Shown here one piece after another: positions 38,905 through 47,079 of a DNA stretch of 64,000 bases. Both the position numbers and the translations under genes were made by a program. Numbering within the stretch: the first letter of the stretch is position 1; the number at the start of each line of letters is the position of its first letter. The stretch spans positions 128,001 to 192,000 of the IMG/VR virus record IMGVR_UViG_3300028603_000018; one strand, 5' to 3'. The notes under the pieces are model-generated. The model was not told the DNA's origin, made no database searches, and saw only the letters and a list, made by a program, of their open reading frames with translations. Source of the DNA: a virus (taxonomy: Duplodnaviria > Caudoviricetes).

Positions 38905-41294
38905 ATGGGTATTAGCTTAGTTCTTCAAAATCATGATGAGATTTATAGGGAGCAGTTACACGCTACACCTATTCTCATAGATTTTCAAAGACTCACCGAG
39001 CATGAATATTTTAGTAAAGCATTATCAAATAAGCATCGCAATGCCTTAGCTGAGATTAATAAGCCGCAGGAAATTAACTATTTCCGAGACTCCACAATTG
39101 AAGATAAGGATAAAATTAACCGAACTTTCTATACTCGATACGTATCTGAGAAAACAAATACAGTTATTGAAGATATTCCGAGTTGTCAGTGCGGTGAATT
39201 TAATACTTATAAAAACTTAGGTTGTGTATGTAATGAATGTGGTACGATAGTATCCAGTAACCGCAGTATGGATTTACATCCTTTAGTATGGATCGCAGCA
39301 CCAGAAGGCATCCCTGCTCTAATTAATCCTACAGCTTATCGAATCATTGCCGGTCGTTTCGAGATTAGTAAATTCGATGTTATTCGTTGGATTATGGATT
39401 ATAATTATACAGCACCAGGTAAAGAACCTATTGCTGTAGAGCAGTTAGAAAGAATGGAGATCCCAAGAGGAATCATTAATTTCTACCATCATTTCGACAC
39501 TATTATCGAAACCTTGTTCGGTATGCGTTCTTTAAGTAAAGGACCTAATACAGCAAAGTTAGACGAAGAACTTAGAACTTTTATCAAAAATAATAGGGAT
39601 AAGATTTTCTCTAAGCATATTCCAATGCCTAACAAAACTTTGCTAGTAGTAGAGAGTACTAACTTTGCTACGTATATGGACCCAAAGTTAAGTGGTATTA
39701 TTGACGCACTTTGGTTGATGGTAGGAATTGATAGTGAGCACTCTAATCTCACTTTAAAGCAAAAAGAAATGCGTGTGATTAAGGCATTAGCTCAAATTGC
39801 TGAATATCACACTGAGTCTGATAAGACTTCTTTAGCTCAAAAAGGCGGTATCTTCCGACGACATGTCTTTGGATTTAGAGCTTGGTTAAGTTTTAGGACA
39901 GTAATCTCCTCAATTACTGAACCACACAACTTAAGAGATATCTATATTCCATGGAGTACAGCAGTTACTTGTTTTCAGTATCACTTAATAAATAAGTTAA
40001 GTAAGAGGTTAAATCCAAATACTGGAAAACGCTTTACTCCCCATGAAATCGATCTGTTTATTGAAGGTCATGTCAACAAATGGCATCCTTTACTTAGAGA
40101 GATCTTTGATGAATTATTAGCTGAGACACCAAATGGACGAGGTATCCCCTGCTTAAAGAATAGGAACCCTAGTCTTTATCGCAACTCTATCCAAAAGGTG
40201 TATATAACTAAGATCAAAGATGATATCACTGATGTTACAACAAGTATTAGTATCTTAACTGTTCGTCCCCTCAATGCTAAAAAGATAAGATATTTATTAA
40301 TAGATATTTTGTTATTGGCCATTACACTAGTAATAGTGTACTTGAATCCTCTCTAACTGACTGGGAACTCCTACAACAATAGGACAATCAGCAGCGAAGC
40401 TTTGTCTTAATAATACTCAGACAAAGAACGTTCAACGATCAGAGAAACCAATAAATGTAACTCGTATTAAAAGACGAGAATAAGCTAGATATTATCTAGA
40501 CGAAGGGAGTATCGTAGCGCCAAGTGGTGGGTATAACCCTTAAAGACGAAACGGGAGGCTTCCTAACTAATAGGAAGAAGATATGATCTGAGCCTTACAG
40601 TAATGTAAGGAGGGTGTCTTAGCACACCTGCTTATGAGAGCGTGTTAAAACACAACGGCATAAGTGGACAATTCTGGATAAACGAAGCTTTTATAGCTAT
40701 ACAGTCCCTTTCTTTAGAAATAAAGAAATGGTAACTTTTTGAATTGCTGGGAACCCCTTAGAGCCTGACTCACGACAACGCAGTTGGAAACGACAAACGT
40801 GATCGTAAAAAAGAAGTCTGGATTGGGCAATCAGCCGGTAAGCTCCTAACCCTCACAATTATTGAGAGGTATGGGGAATCCTCAACGATCATCCGGTAGC
40901 GCGGAGTAGAACCCCAAGTGGGGAAGAAGCGGAAAGTACCTGACCAGGTAATGCTGAAGGTAGTGATATGATCTATGCTCCTATGGGAAAGCCATAGGCA
41001 GGTGCCTTAGCGTACCGGCTCTTTGAGAGCGTACTTAATGTACAACGGCTTAGAGCGGACATTAGGTTCGATGGTGACGAGCTTAACTTCTCTATTATTC
41101 CGGATCAGAGGTTAGCTGAAGGACTAGAGAGACTCTCTGTTATCTTTAGTGCTTTTGATCTGACTAATCCTCGGAGAGTGTCTGGTAGTGTAGCATTTCC
41201 TAAAACAGTACTTGCAACTATTGCTAACTACTTACACAGTAAAAAGGAAGTTATTCCAGCTATGCAGTCTAGAATGATCGAACTGTATAGTTGA
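38905..41294 (+). CDS. nvRNAP beta-prime N-terminal subunit (phiKZ gp55-56.1-like), spliced: join(38905..40278,40677..40679,41067..41294), about 534 aa
   Basis: Zn-finger CQC...CNEC, GIFRRHVFGFR and NRNPSL motifs. Joining the exons restores PLNA-D-FDGDELN. The last exon reads FDGDELNFSIIP...MIELYS-stop and is missing from the ORF track. Confidence 0.9.
40279..40676 (+). mobile_element. Group I intron 1 (ORF-less, 398 nt)
   Basis: 5' exon ends in U (gcT). P element aactgactgggaa 40355, Q aatcagcag 40386, R gttcaacgatca 40430, S gaagatatgatct 40577, P3 cctctc/gggagg. Ends ggacaattctG. Confidence 0.88.
40677..40679 (+). other. 3-nt micro-exon GAT (first Asp of NADFDGD)
   Basis: Needed to restore the catalytic motif. 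Preceded by the terminal G of intron 1 and ends in the U needed for the 5' splice site of intron 2. Confidence 0.8.
40680..41066 (+). mobile_element. Group I intron 2 (ORF-less, 387 nt)
   Basis: IGS gtcc 40704-40707, P aattgctgggaa 40742, Q aatcagccgg 40829, R cctcaacgatca 40880, S gtgatatgatct 40963. Ends ggacattagG directly before ttc gat ggt gac. P10 cgaa/ttcg. Confidence 0.88.
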
Positions 41295-41326
41295 TAGTTA
41301 ATTTAATAAAGGAAAAAGGTTATAAC

Positions 41327-41938
41327 ATGGTCCAGATTGTCATGGGATCAGATGTTGATTTCAGAGCGGCTGTATATGGACAACCTCATCCAGGGAGTTT
41401 AAACTTAATCAAGCAAACGAACGAAGCATTATCTAGTAGCTTTACTAATGCTCAAAGTAGTTTCTTAACTAAGGTAAAACAGTTATCAGAAGACTTCTCT
41501 GGTAACCACGTATTAAGTAAAATGAAGTCTGCACTAAATAAACTAGCACAGGCTTTCTTACCTGATATCATTCAGTATTATGATGATATCGATAAGATTC
41601 AACAAGCAGCATCTAAGATGCGGTATCTAATCATGAGTGAACCTACACTCCTGAAGAAATACCGTAATCAAGAGATTGCTGGCTATGATGAGCATTTTAC
41701 AGATATCTTCCCTGATCAAGTAGGTATTGATCACCCTGTTTATCAAGCTGTTAATAACGGTATCTTGGTGGAAGGTGATGAAGAGACTCCTGATACAGTG
41801 CAAATGTTCTTTACTGATGATGATAACACGATCACTGTAGAAGAACAGGTAGATATTAAATACACTCAAGCACTAGCCTTAGAAGAAGTCCTCTATGGTA
41901 AACGAGACCCTACCAGTCCTTGTGATCAACAGTTCTAA
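41327..41938 (+). CDS. Conserved chimallivirus core protein (phiKZ gp59-like position)
   Basis: ATG 41327 with upstream AAGG. C-terminal DPTS motif. Follows the beta-prime N gene. Confidence 0.55.
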   Translation: MVQIVMGSDVDFRAAVYGQPHPGSLNLIKQTNEALSSSFTNAQSSFLTKVKQLSEDFSGNHVLSKMKSALNKLAQAFLPDIIQYYDDIDKIQQAASKMRYLIMSEPTLLKKYRNQEIAGYDEHFTDIFPDQVGIDHPVYQAVNNGILVEGDEETPDTVQMFFTDDDNTITVEEQVDIKYTQALALEEVLYGKRDPTSPCDQQF

Positions 41939-41949
41939 ATAGTAAGACG

Positions 41950-41987
41950 GCATAATTGGGAGAGCTAACTGCTCTCCCGTTTTATGC
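41950..41987. repeat. 38-nt palindromic repeat, type A copy 3 / terminator
   Basis: 2 mismatches to 794-831; followed by a T-run. Confidence 0.85.
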
Positions 41988-42025
41988 CTTTCTTTTTTCT
42001 ATTCTAATTGTAAACTAGAATAATA

Positions 42026-42041
42026 CAATTACATATAACTA
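42026..42041 (+). promoter_or_regulatory. Putative phage promoter motif CAATTACATATAACTA
   Basis: Identical to 450-465. Confidence 0.55.
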
Positions 42042-42136
42042 ATTTGTTAACGGTTTTATATGAAATCGTTAGGGAGTCTATAGAGAAGTAGCAGCTTCTC
42101 TATAGACATGTGACTAACCATCTTTAGGAGGTCAAC

Positions 42137-42229
42137 ATGACTGATAAGGATTATGAGGACGTTCTGCGTCTTCTAAAATATTTAAATGCCAAGATCGCTG
42201 CTATTGACGCAGCTGGTCCACAGGGCTAA
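42137..42229 (+). CDS. 30-aa small protein MTDKDYEDVLRLLKYLNAKIAAIDAAGPQG
   Basis: Strong AGGAGGT RBS 4 nt before ATG, upstream promoter motif and downstream hairpin. Below the ORF-track size cutoff. Confidence 0.65.
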   Translation: MTDKDYEDVLRLLKYLNAKIAAIDAAGPQG

Positions 42230-42729
42230 TTAAATAAGCCGAAGGGATTAAAGTCCCTTCGGTAACAGTTAGTCGCATACAATAGAGAATTAACAATAAA
42301 TAAATATTAACATCCCATCTTTTTATCATCTTAAACACAAAGGACTTTTAACATGAGAAGCATTCTTACTGAAGATTACAGCAATACTCACTTTGGCTGG
42401 GTTTGAGCGATACCACGCACCACACCCAGTGATTATTTCTCATGTTCAAAAATGGATTATGAAGTTCGATGACTGGAATCCAGATGATTGCCTCTATACT
42501 TTTATTGAAAATATTATCGACGAAGGTGATCAGAAGTAATTAAAGAGAGGATAGTCTATTACAGATTATCCTCTTCTACTTCTCTTTCTTTTTTTTTTTC
42601 TTTTGTTATAGTAAATTTATTCCTATATTTCAACTCTATCATATACAAATTAAATAAAACATACAAACAAATGCTTAAATTCAGATTAAGAAGTAAGGAT
42701 ACTATGATGCTATTAAAGGATTTATAAAC

Positions 42730-43137
42730 ATGGCTAAGAAAATACCTTATGTAGGTGCTAATTCCTATATCAATAATATCGAATTAAAAGCAGATATTGC
42801 AATGGCTAATATCTTAGTATCAGAAGCTTCCCAATCTAATATTTTCAGAAGCTCAGTAACGAGTATTCCAGGCATCTTCTCTGAAGGCAATGGAAACATA
42901 GAACTTACTATTTCTTTACTGAGGTCTAAATTAGAGAATTATTTACTTCGAATTTTTGATGGTGCAGTGGTAGATGTATTTCGCTACGATGGTATAGATG
43001 AAGATGCTAGTAAACAAACTATCATTATTAGAGCAATGATAGTTGATGATGATAAGCAATATAACTTAGAAAAGCTATTAAGAGAAGTTAATGGCAAATA
43101 TACGTATATAACTAACATCAATAACGGGACCGTTTAA
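42730..43137 (+). CDS. Conserved hypothetical protein, 135 aa
   Basis: AAGGA RBS; SEASQS..F motif seen in this core block. Confidence 0.65.
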   Translation: MAKKIPYVGANSYINNIELKADIAMANILVSEASQSNIFRSSVTSIPGIFSEGNGNIELTISLLRSKLENYLLRIFDGAVVDVFRYDGIDEDASKQTIIIRAMIVDDDKQYNLEKLLREVNGKYTYITNINNGTV

Positions 43138-43143
43138 TTAGCT

Positions 43144-43431
43144 ATGGAAACGAGCTTTAAGTTTGTATTACTTGATACTAATCACAATACAGAAGAAAGT
43201 GATTGGGGGGCATTATTTACAGTAGAAGTAGAAGGCTTAACTTCCTATACTAACAAGAAAGTTCCAGTTTTATTTAAAAGTACTAGATATCATATCGATG
43301 TATTTAAAGTACATAATAAAGAAATGGAAAAAATCGATCTTAATACCGATTTAGAAGAACGTATTAAAAAACGCTATGAAGAAAGCTATCTATTTGGTAA
43401 AAAAATATTCACCTTAGCTATCTTACGATAA
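43144..43431 (+). CDS. Hypothetical protein, 95 aa
   Basis: Operon context. Confidence 0.55.
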   Translation: METSFKFVLLDTNHNTEESDWGALFTVEVEGLTSYTNKKVPVLFKSTRYHIDVFKVHNKEMEKIDLNTDLEERIKKRYEESYLFGKKIFTLAILR

Positions 43432-43462
43432 CGTTTAATTAACTATCTTATTATAAAAAGGT

Positions 43463-44146
43463 GTGGTATTGGAACAAGATTACTTAAATAAAGCATCAGA
43501 CTTACTTAACGAAGCGCTCTTGAATAAATCTATTGTAGGTTTAGATTCTATTAAAGAAGTCGTAGATAAAGCTCAAGAATGGCTAGCTGTTCGTATTACA
43601 ACGGATCAATTTGAAGAAGGTTTCTTACCTCTATTTACTGGCGAGACACCAAAGTATCCAGAAGTCAACTTCTATACTTATTCTAATTTTGTAGGAGGTC
43701 CTAACAGAGAACTCATCCTTACAGATAGTACTGGTAAAGATGTTCTTATTGTTCCTCCTTTATTTGATCGTGATAAAATTAAATTCGATCTACCTAGAGA
43801 TCCCCAGAATTCTTTATTTGAATTAATGGGTAGGGTAGGTGAAGTAAGTAGTCGCATCCCTATGCAAGGTAATCGCTTATTCTTAGCGATGACAAGTCGT
43901 AAATGGGATGATATTAAAAATAAAGATATTTATCTTAAAGTTATTCAGGATTGGAATAAAGTCTTTAGCTATTTTGGTAGGGAAGTTATTACTATTGAAG
44001 GACTTTCTAATGAAGAATTAGGTATCCCAAATAACTATAAACCTAAGGTCTTAAATCAGGAACAACCTGTTGAAATAAGAAATAATGTAACTCCTTCATC
44101 TAATAGTAGAGATTTCCTCGATCTTGATGAAGAATATGATAGCTAA
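43463..44146 (+). CDS. Conserved hypothetical protein, 227 aa
   Basis: FLPLF...VPPLF pattern; overlaps the next gene. Confidence 0.65.
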   Translation: MVLEQDYLNKASDLLNEALLNKSIVGLDSIKEVVDKAQEWLAVRITTDQFEEGFLPLFTGETPKYPEVNFYTYSNFVGGPNRELILTDSTGKDVLIVPPLFDRDKIKFDLPRDPQNSLFELMGRVGEVSSRIPMQGNRLFLAMTSRKWDDIKNKDIYLKVIQDWNKVFSYFGREVITIEGLSNEELGIPNNYKPKVLNQEQPVEIRNNVTPSSNSRDFLDLDEEYDS

Positions 44147-45263
44147 AGAAAAGTTAAATGCTTTCGTCATTTCTGACATTCATTTCGGTAATACTAGAAT
44201 TGATAATCAAAGAATGGCTAAAGCACTTAGAGATGTATTAAGTGATAAAAATCCTAAATTCCAATATATCAACGCTATCTTTTTCGCAGGAGATATTTGG
44301 GATAAGTTATTATCACTTAATAACCCTGACTTACCAGAGATATTTAATAAGTTCTTAGCGATCTTTAGAGATTGTAAAAAGAAAAATATTTCGGTATTTA
44401 TTTTAGAGGGAACTAAGAGTCATGAATGGGCGCAGTCCAATGTCTTAGATTCCCTCAATACTTCTAGTGGTATTTGTGCACAAATAAAATATATCAAAGA
44501 GCTGATTGTCTGGTATGAAGAGAGATTCCAAAAGAATTTTCTCTTCATACCGGATGATCTACATCATGATCATTCAATCGTCCTTGCACAAGCCTTAGAA
44601 GCTTTAAAAGAGAAAGGATTGGATTGTGTAGATTTAGCCATTACTCACGGAATGTTTAAGCATCACGTACCAGCAGGACTATCGATTCCCCACCACGATA
44701 ATAGCTCTTATGAAGTTATTGTTAAGGACGGTATTTTTAACGGTCATGTCCATACTCATAGTGAAGTAGGTAAGGTATATACTCAAGGCTCTTTTGGTCG
44801 TATTAGTCATAATGAAGAAGAAGCTAAAGGGTATTATCATTTCTGGTACGATGAAAATGATGTATTTCATAAAACATTTATTGAAAATACTTTAGCTGAA
44901 CTATTCATTACTGTCGATTGTACTGGTTTAAATGCTGAAGATTCTTTTAAGAAAGTCAAAGCTCTAATAGCTGAGAAAGGCGAAGACATGACTATTCGTA
45001 TTATGAGTGAAGGGACTAACCCCATTTTCTCTAATATGAGTGAGTTAATTAAGAGTTTTCCTTTTACCCGTTTTTCTGAACCTAAGAAGGTAAAAGAAGA
45101 AGTGGATAAAGAAACTAAGGCAGTTGATATAAAGAACTTCACACCAATTGTTATCAATAGAGAAAATATTGGTCAGCTAGTACTAGAGAGAGCAGATAAA
45201 AAAGAAGATCTCGCTCAAGATGTAAGGGCTGCACTCATTGATGCTATTGAAGCGTTGAGGTAA
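44136..45263 (+). CDS. SbcD/Mre11-like metallophosphoesterase nuclease
   Basis: SDIHFG, AGDIWD, EGTKSHE, THGMF and NGHVH motifs. Confidence 0.88.
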   Translation: MIAKEKLNAFVISDIHFGNTRIDNQRMAKALRDVLSDKNPKFQYINAIFFAGDIWDKLLSLNNPDLPEIFNKFLAIFRDCKKKNISVFILEGTKSHEWAQSNVLDSLNTSSGICAQIKYIKELIVWYEERFQKNFLFIPDDLHHDHSIVLAQALEALKEKGLDCVDLAITHGMFKHHVPAGLSIPHHDNSSYEVIVKDGIFNGHVHTHSEVGKVYTQGSFGRISHNEEEAKGYYHFWYDENDVFHKTFIENTLAELFITVDCTGLNAEDSFKKVKALIAEKGEDMTIRIMSEGTNPIFSNMSELIKSFPFTRFSEPKKVKEEVDKETKAVDIKNFTPIVINRENIGQLVLERADKKEDLAQDVRAALIDAIEALR

Positions 45264-45268
45264 TTACA

Positions 45269-46114
45269 ATGAGAGTATTGACCGATAGAGTTGTTAACTA
45301 CTTCCCTATGTCAGTAGCTACAAGCTTAGCTATCGAAGGTTTAGTAGGAGTAGGGTTGGATGGGAATGGTAGTGTTAAAAAAACACCTAACAGAACTAAA
45401 GAGTTTGAAAAGGTTTGGATTAATGTCCGTACATTAATCAGAAACGTTATAGGTAGTGTGTCAGATAGAAGTATTGAAAGTATCAGACCTGACCATATAG
45501 CGTTTACGGTTATGGAAGATATTGGTGCAATTGAAGAAGCGTTAAAAGTATACGGACCTCATCTAAAATTACAACTCTATTATTGCGAGTATAGATTTAT
45601 ACAAAGAAGCTTTCCTAACGCATTATTAAGAGAACCTAGTACTGTAAAACAAAAGACGTATAATGAAGTATCAGAGAGAGCTTGGAACTTCACTAGAACG
45701 CTTATACAAGACTCTGAGTACGCTTTTAAGAACTATATGAAGACAATAGAAGGTAACTACATGGAGAAAGTGTTAATGCTATCACACTTTCCTATTGATT
45801 TACTTTCTTATAAACAATTCAGGGAACTGAGTTTATTAGAGTCTCATACAGGTGCAATTAAAACAAGACCGTATTGGTATACAAAACTCTATAACGGAAA
45901 AGATCTTTCTATTATCCCTTTTAATGAACTCACATTACAAGTCTATGGAGACAATGAAACCTTTAGACCTACATCCATAAAGCTAAGACGACTACTTACG
46001 GATATAGCCATTAGTAATAAATGGTCCTACTTAACGACAGTAGATAAGATCCGATATAATTTAAATAGTATTAAAGACCCAGTGTCTAAAGAAGAATTGA
46101 AAAAGTATCTGTAA
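45269..46114 (+). CDS. Conserved chimallivirus core protein (phiKZ gp66-like)
   Basis: 281 aa with WINVRTLIRN, SHFPIDLL, LESHTG and WYTKL motifs. Assigned by synteny. Confidence 0.65.
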   Translation: MRVLTDRVVNYFPMSVATSLAIEGLVGVGLDGNGSVKKTPNRTKEFEKVWINVRTLIRNVIGSVSDRSIESIRPDHIAFTVMEDIGAIEEALKVYGPHLKLQLYYCEYRFIQRSFPNALLREPSTVKQKTYNEVSERAWNFTRTLIQDSEYAFKNYMKTIEGNYMEKVLMLSHFPIDLLSYKQFRELSLLESHTGAIKTRPYWYTKLYNGKDLSIIPFNELTLQVYGDNETFRPTSIKLRRLLTDIAISNKWSYLTTVDKIRYNLNSIKDPVSKEELKKYL

Positions 46115-46190
46115 AATATTACTTTTTAAGCAACTCTTCTATAATTTGTGAAATATTGTTATCCTAAAAGAAAAAGGGAATAAAGTTAAA

Positions 46191-46952
46191 ATGAGTAACT
46201 ATCAAAACAACCAGCAAGAATACCAGCACACTATTTTAGACGCTCGTTATTCCAGTATGAGTGCACCTAGTACTGAGCAAGGTAAATGGGCAGCAATTAA
46301 ATGGTCTGTGAACAAAGGTGAAGTCCGTATGACGGTCTTTACTAATGATGCTGGTGATACTGCCAATAACCCAGCAGAAAAAGGACGTATTCAAGCTACT
46401 CTAACTCCTCGTCAATTCGGTTGGTTTACTGGAGCAATTGAAGAAGCTATTAACGCTACAAGTGAATATACTGCTATGTATACGCATGAGGACTATAAAT
46501 TCTTTGGTCCTGGTAAACGTTCTGAAACTCCTCTTCCTATCTGGTCTCTTATTGTAAAACGCGCTGAAGATGGTAAGATCTCATTCATGCTTTTAGATGC
46601 AGGTAAGAAAGACCGTCCACGAATTCCTTTTACGTTTGAGCCAGCTCGTGGTGGTAAGATGTTAATTAAGATTAACGGTGAGATGGTAGATAACCCAGGT
46701 GAGGTTTCTAAAACATTTGCTCGCGGTTTCTTAAATACTACTGTTCCGATGATTAATAAACTTTGTGTTGATAATTACGTTCACAAGCAGCCTAATAACA
46801 ATAACAATAATAATCGCGGTGGTGGAAATAATAATTATCGTAACAATAATAATAATAATAATAACTACTCAGGTGGTAATCAGAATCAAGGAGGCGGTAG
46901 CAGCTATCAAGCACCTGCCAGCAGCAATTTTGATGATGATATCCCTTTCTGA
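46191..46952 (+). CDS. chmC: ChmC-like nucleic-acid-binding protein (phiKZ gp67-like) with Asn/Gly-rich tail and SSB-type C-terminus
   Basis: 253 aa directly upstream of the gp68-like gene, with an N/G low-complexity tail ending FDDDIPF. Confidence 0.7.
   Translation: MSNYQNNQQEYQHTILDARYSSMSAPSTEQGKWAAIKWSVNKGEVRMTVFTNDAGDTANNPAEKGRIQATLTPRQFGWFTGAIEEAINATSEYTAMYTHEDYKFFGPGKRSETPLPIWSLIVKRAEDGKISFMLLDAGKKDRPRIPFTFEPARGGKMLIKINGEMVDNPGEVSKTFARGFLNTTVPMINKLCVDNYVHKQPNNNNNNNRGGGNNNYRNNNNNNNNYSGGNQNQGGGSSYQAPASSNFDDDIPF
46793..46865 (+). repeat. AAT/AAC trinucleotide low-complexity tract (poly-Asn)
   Basis: Directly visible; encodes NNNNNNNRGGGNNNYRNNNNNNNN. Confidence 0.9.
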
Positions 46953-47079
46953 TAAACAACAATAATAAAGAGGTGGGAGTCCGATTAAGTAGGACTCCCA
47001 TTATGCCTTTAAATCAAGAAAATAACAACTACATATCACCTAAAAGTACAAGGTATTTTTTCCCTTTCGCTTACTAAGG

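Noticed and set aside
40279-40356. ORF-track C-terminus of the 487-aa RNAP subunit taken as the true protein end
   Set aside because: It is read-through into intron 1. The catalytic motif continues at 40677 and 41067.
40667-40669. GAC in gtggac as an alternative Asp micro-exon
   Set aside because: It would put C rather than U at the next 5' splice site, and GGAC is a conserved 3'-terminal element in all three introns.
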